In this document: piece after piece, positions 63,700-64,000 of the stretch
Numbering within the stretch: position 1 is the stretch's first letter
Layout: each line of letters starts with the position of its first letter
Assembly: GCA_963796275.1 (NCBI GenBank)
Contig: CAWCKY010000003.1
Coordinates: 192,001 to 256,000, forward strand
Reading direction: 5' to 3'
Origin: an uncultured Acidobacteriota bacterium
Lineage (GTDB): Bacteria; Acidobacteriota; Blastocatellia; RBC074
DNA length: 64,000 nucleotides
The notes under the pieces: generated by a model
Told to the model about the DNA's origin: nothing
What the model saw: only the letters and a program-made list of their open reading frames with translations
The model's database searches: none
Position numbers and translations under genes: made by a program

Positions 63700-64000
63700 T
63701 ATTTTGGTGTGCCTCCTTGTTTGCCTGAAGATACGGGGTTTCTGATTTTCATCGGAATTAGGCAGGGAGAAACTACTTGGACTGTCGCGTGAGCTTAAAT
63801 CTGGTAGGCGAGTCTGTAACTATCGATCAATTGGCCTACCGGGGAGTTATTCACATACACAAACGCCGCAATCTGCTCCTCTTCTTCCTTCTCTTGCTCC
63901 AATTGCCAAATAATATATTGCGACGAGACCTCTCTCAGTCTTCGATCGACTTCTTGCGAGAGTCGCACATTGATCGTTCCATCGTTTCCTACTCGCAGCC

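Overview
Bacterial chromosomal window. Gene content (Oar-like TonB-dependent receptors, an acidobacterial-type VWA protein, an ADOP permease remnant) suggests Acidobacteriota; this is inference. (1) 1-17.9 kb is housekeeping: Spy/ECF sigma/anti-sigma cluster, M61 peptidase, radical SAM, RRM protein with a structured leader, pdxH, pncB-pncA-nrtR with a clear NrtR operator, uppP, glyQS with a ~96-aa insertion, a CXXCH-VWA fusion, tyrS, a 5x ~35-bp repeat array and a REP-like doublet. (2) 18018-37333 is a 19.3-kb element integrated in tRNA-Leu(CAA), bounded by 56-bp direct repeats. It carries a tyrosine integrase, matching arm-type sites, two Xis/AlpA-like HTH genes (one missed by the ORF track), an AAA_25 helicase with an internal iteron-like cluster and defence-like cargo (two HEPN proteins, a Vsr/PD-(D/E)XK nuclease, thermonuclease, J-domain and OmpA-like membrane proteins). 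No capsid, terminase or conjugation genes are recognisable, so it looks satellite-like. Nested in it is a 473-bp transposase-less mini-transposon (TGT...ACA ends, 20-bp internal repeats, 5-bp TSD) carrying one small membrane-protein gene. (3) 37.3-64 kb holds TPR-TonB, DoxX, ApbE, SDR, a two-kinase/two-regulator cluster, three TonB-dependent receptors, DUF4432, a PQQ-like propeller and an S9 peptidase followed by a cryptic Pro/Cys peptide ORF. Many frameshifts, especially at 46-57 kb, look like sequencing indels. All calls come from reading motifs by eye; no database searches were run.
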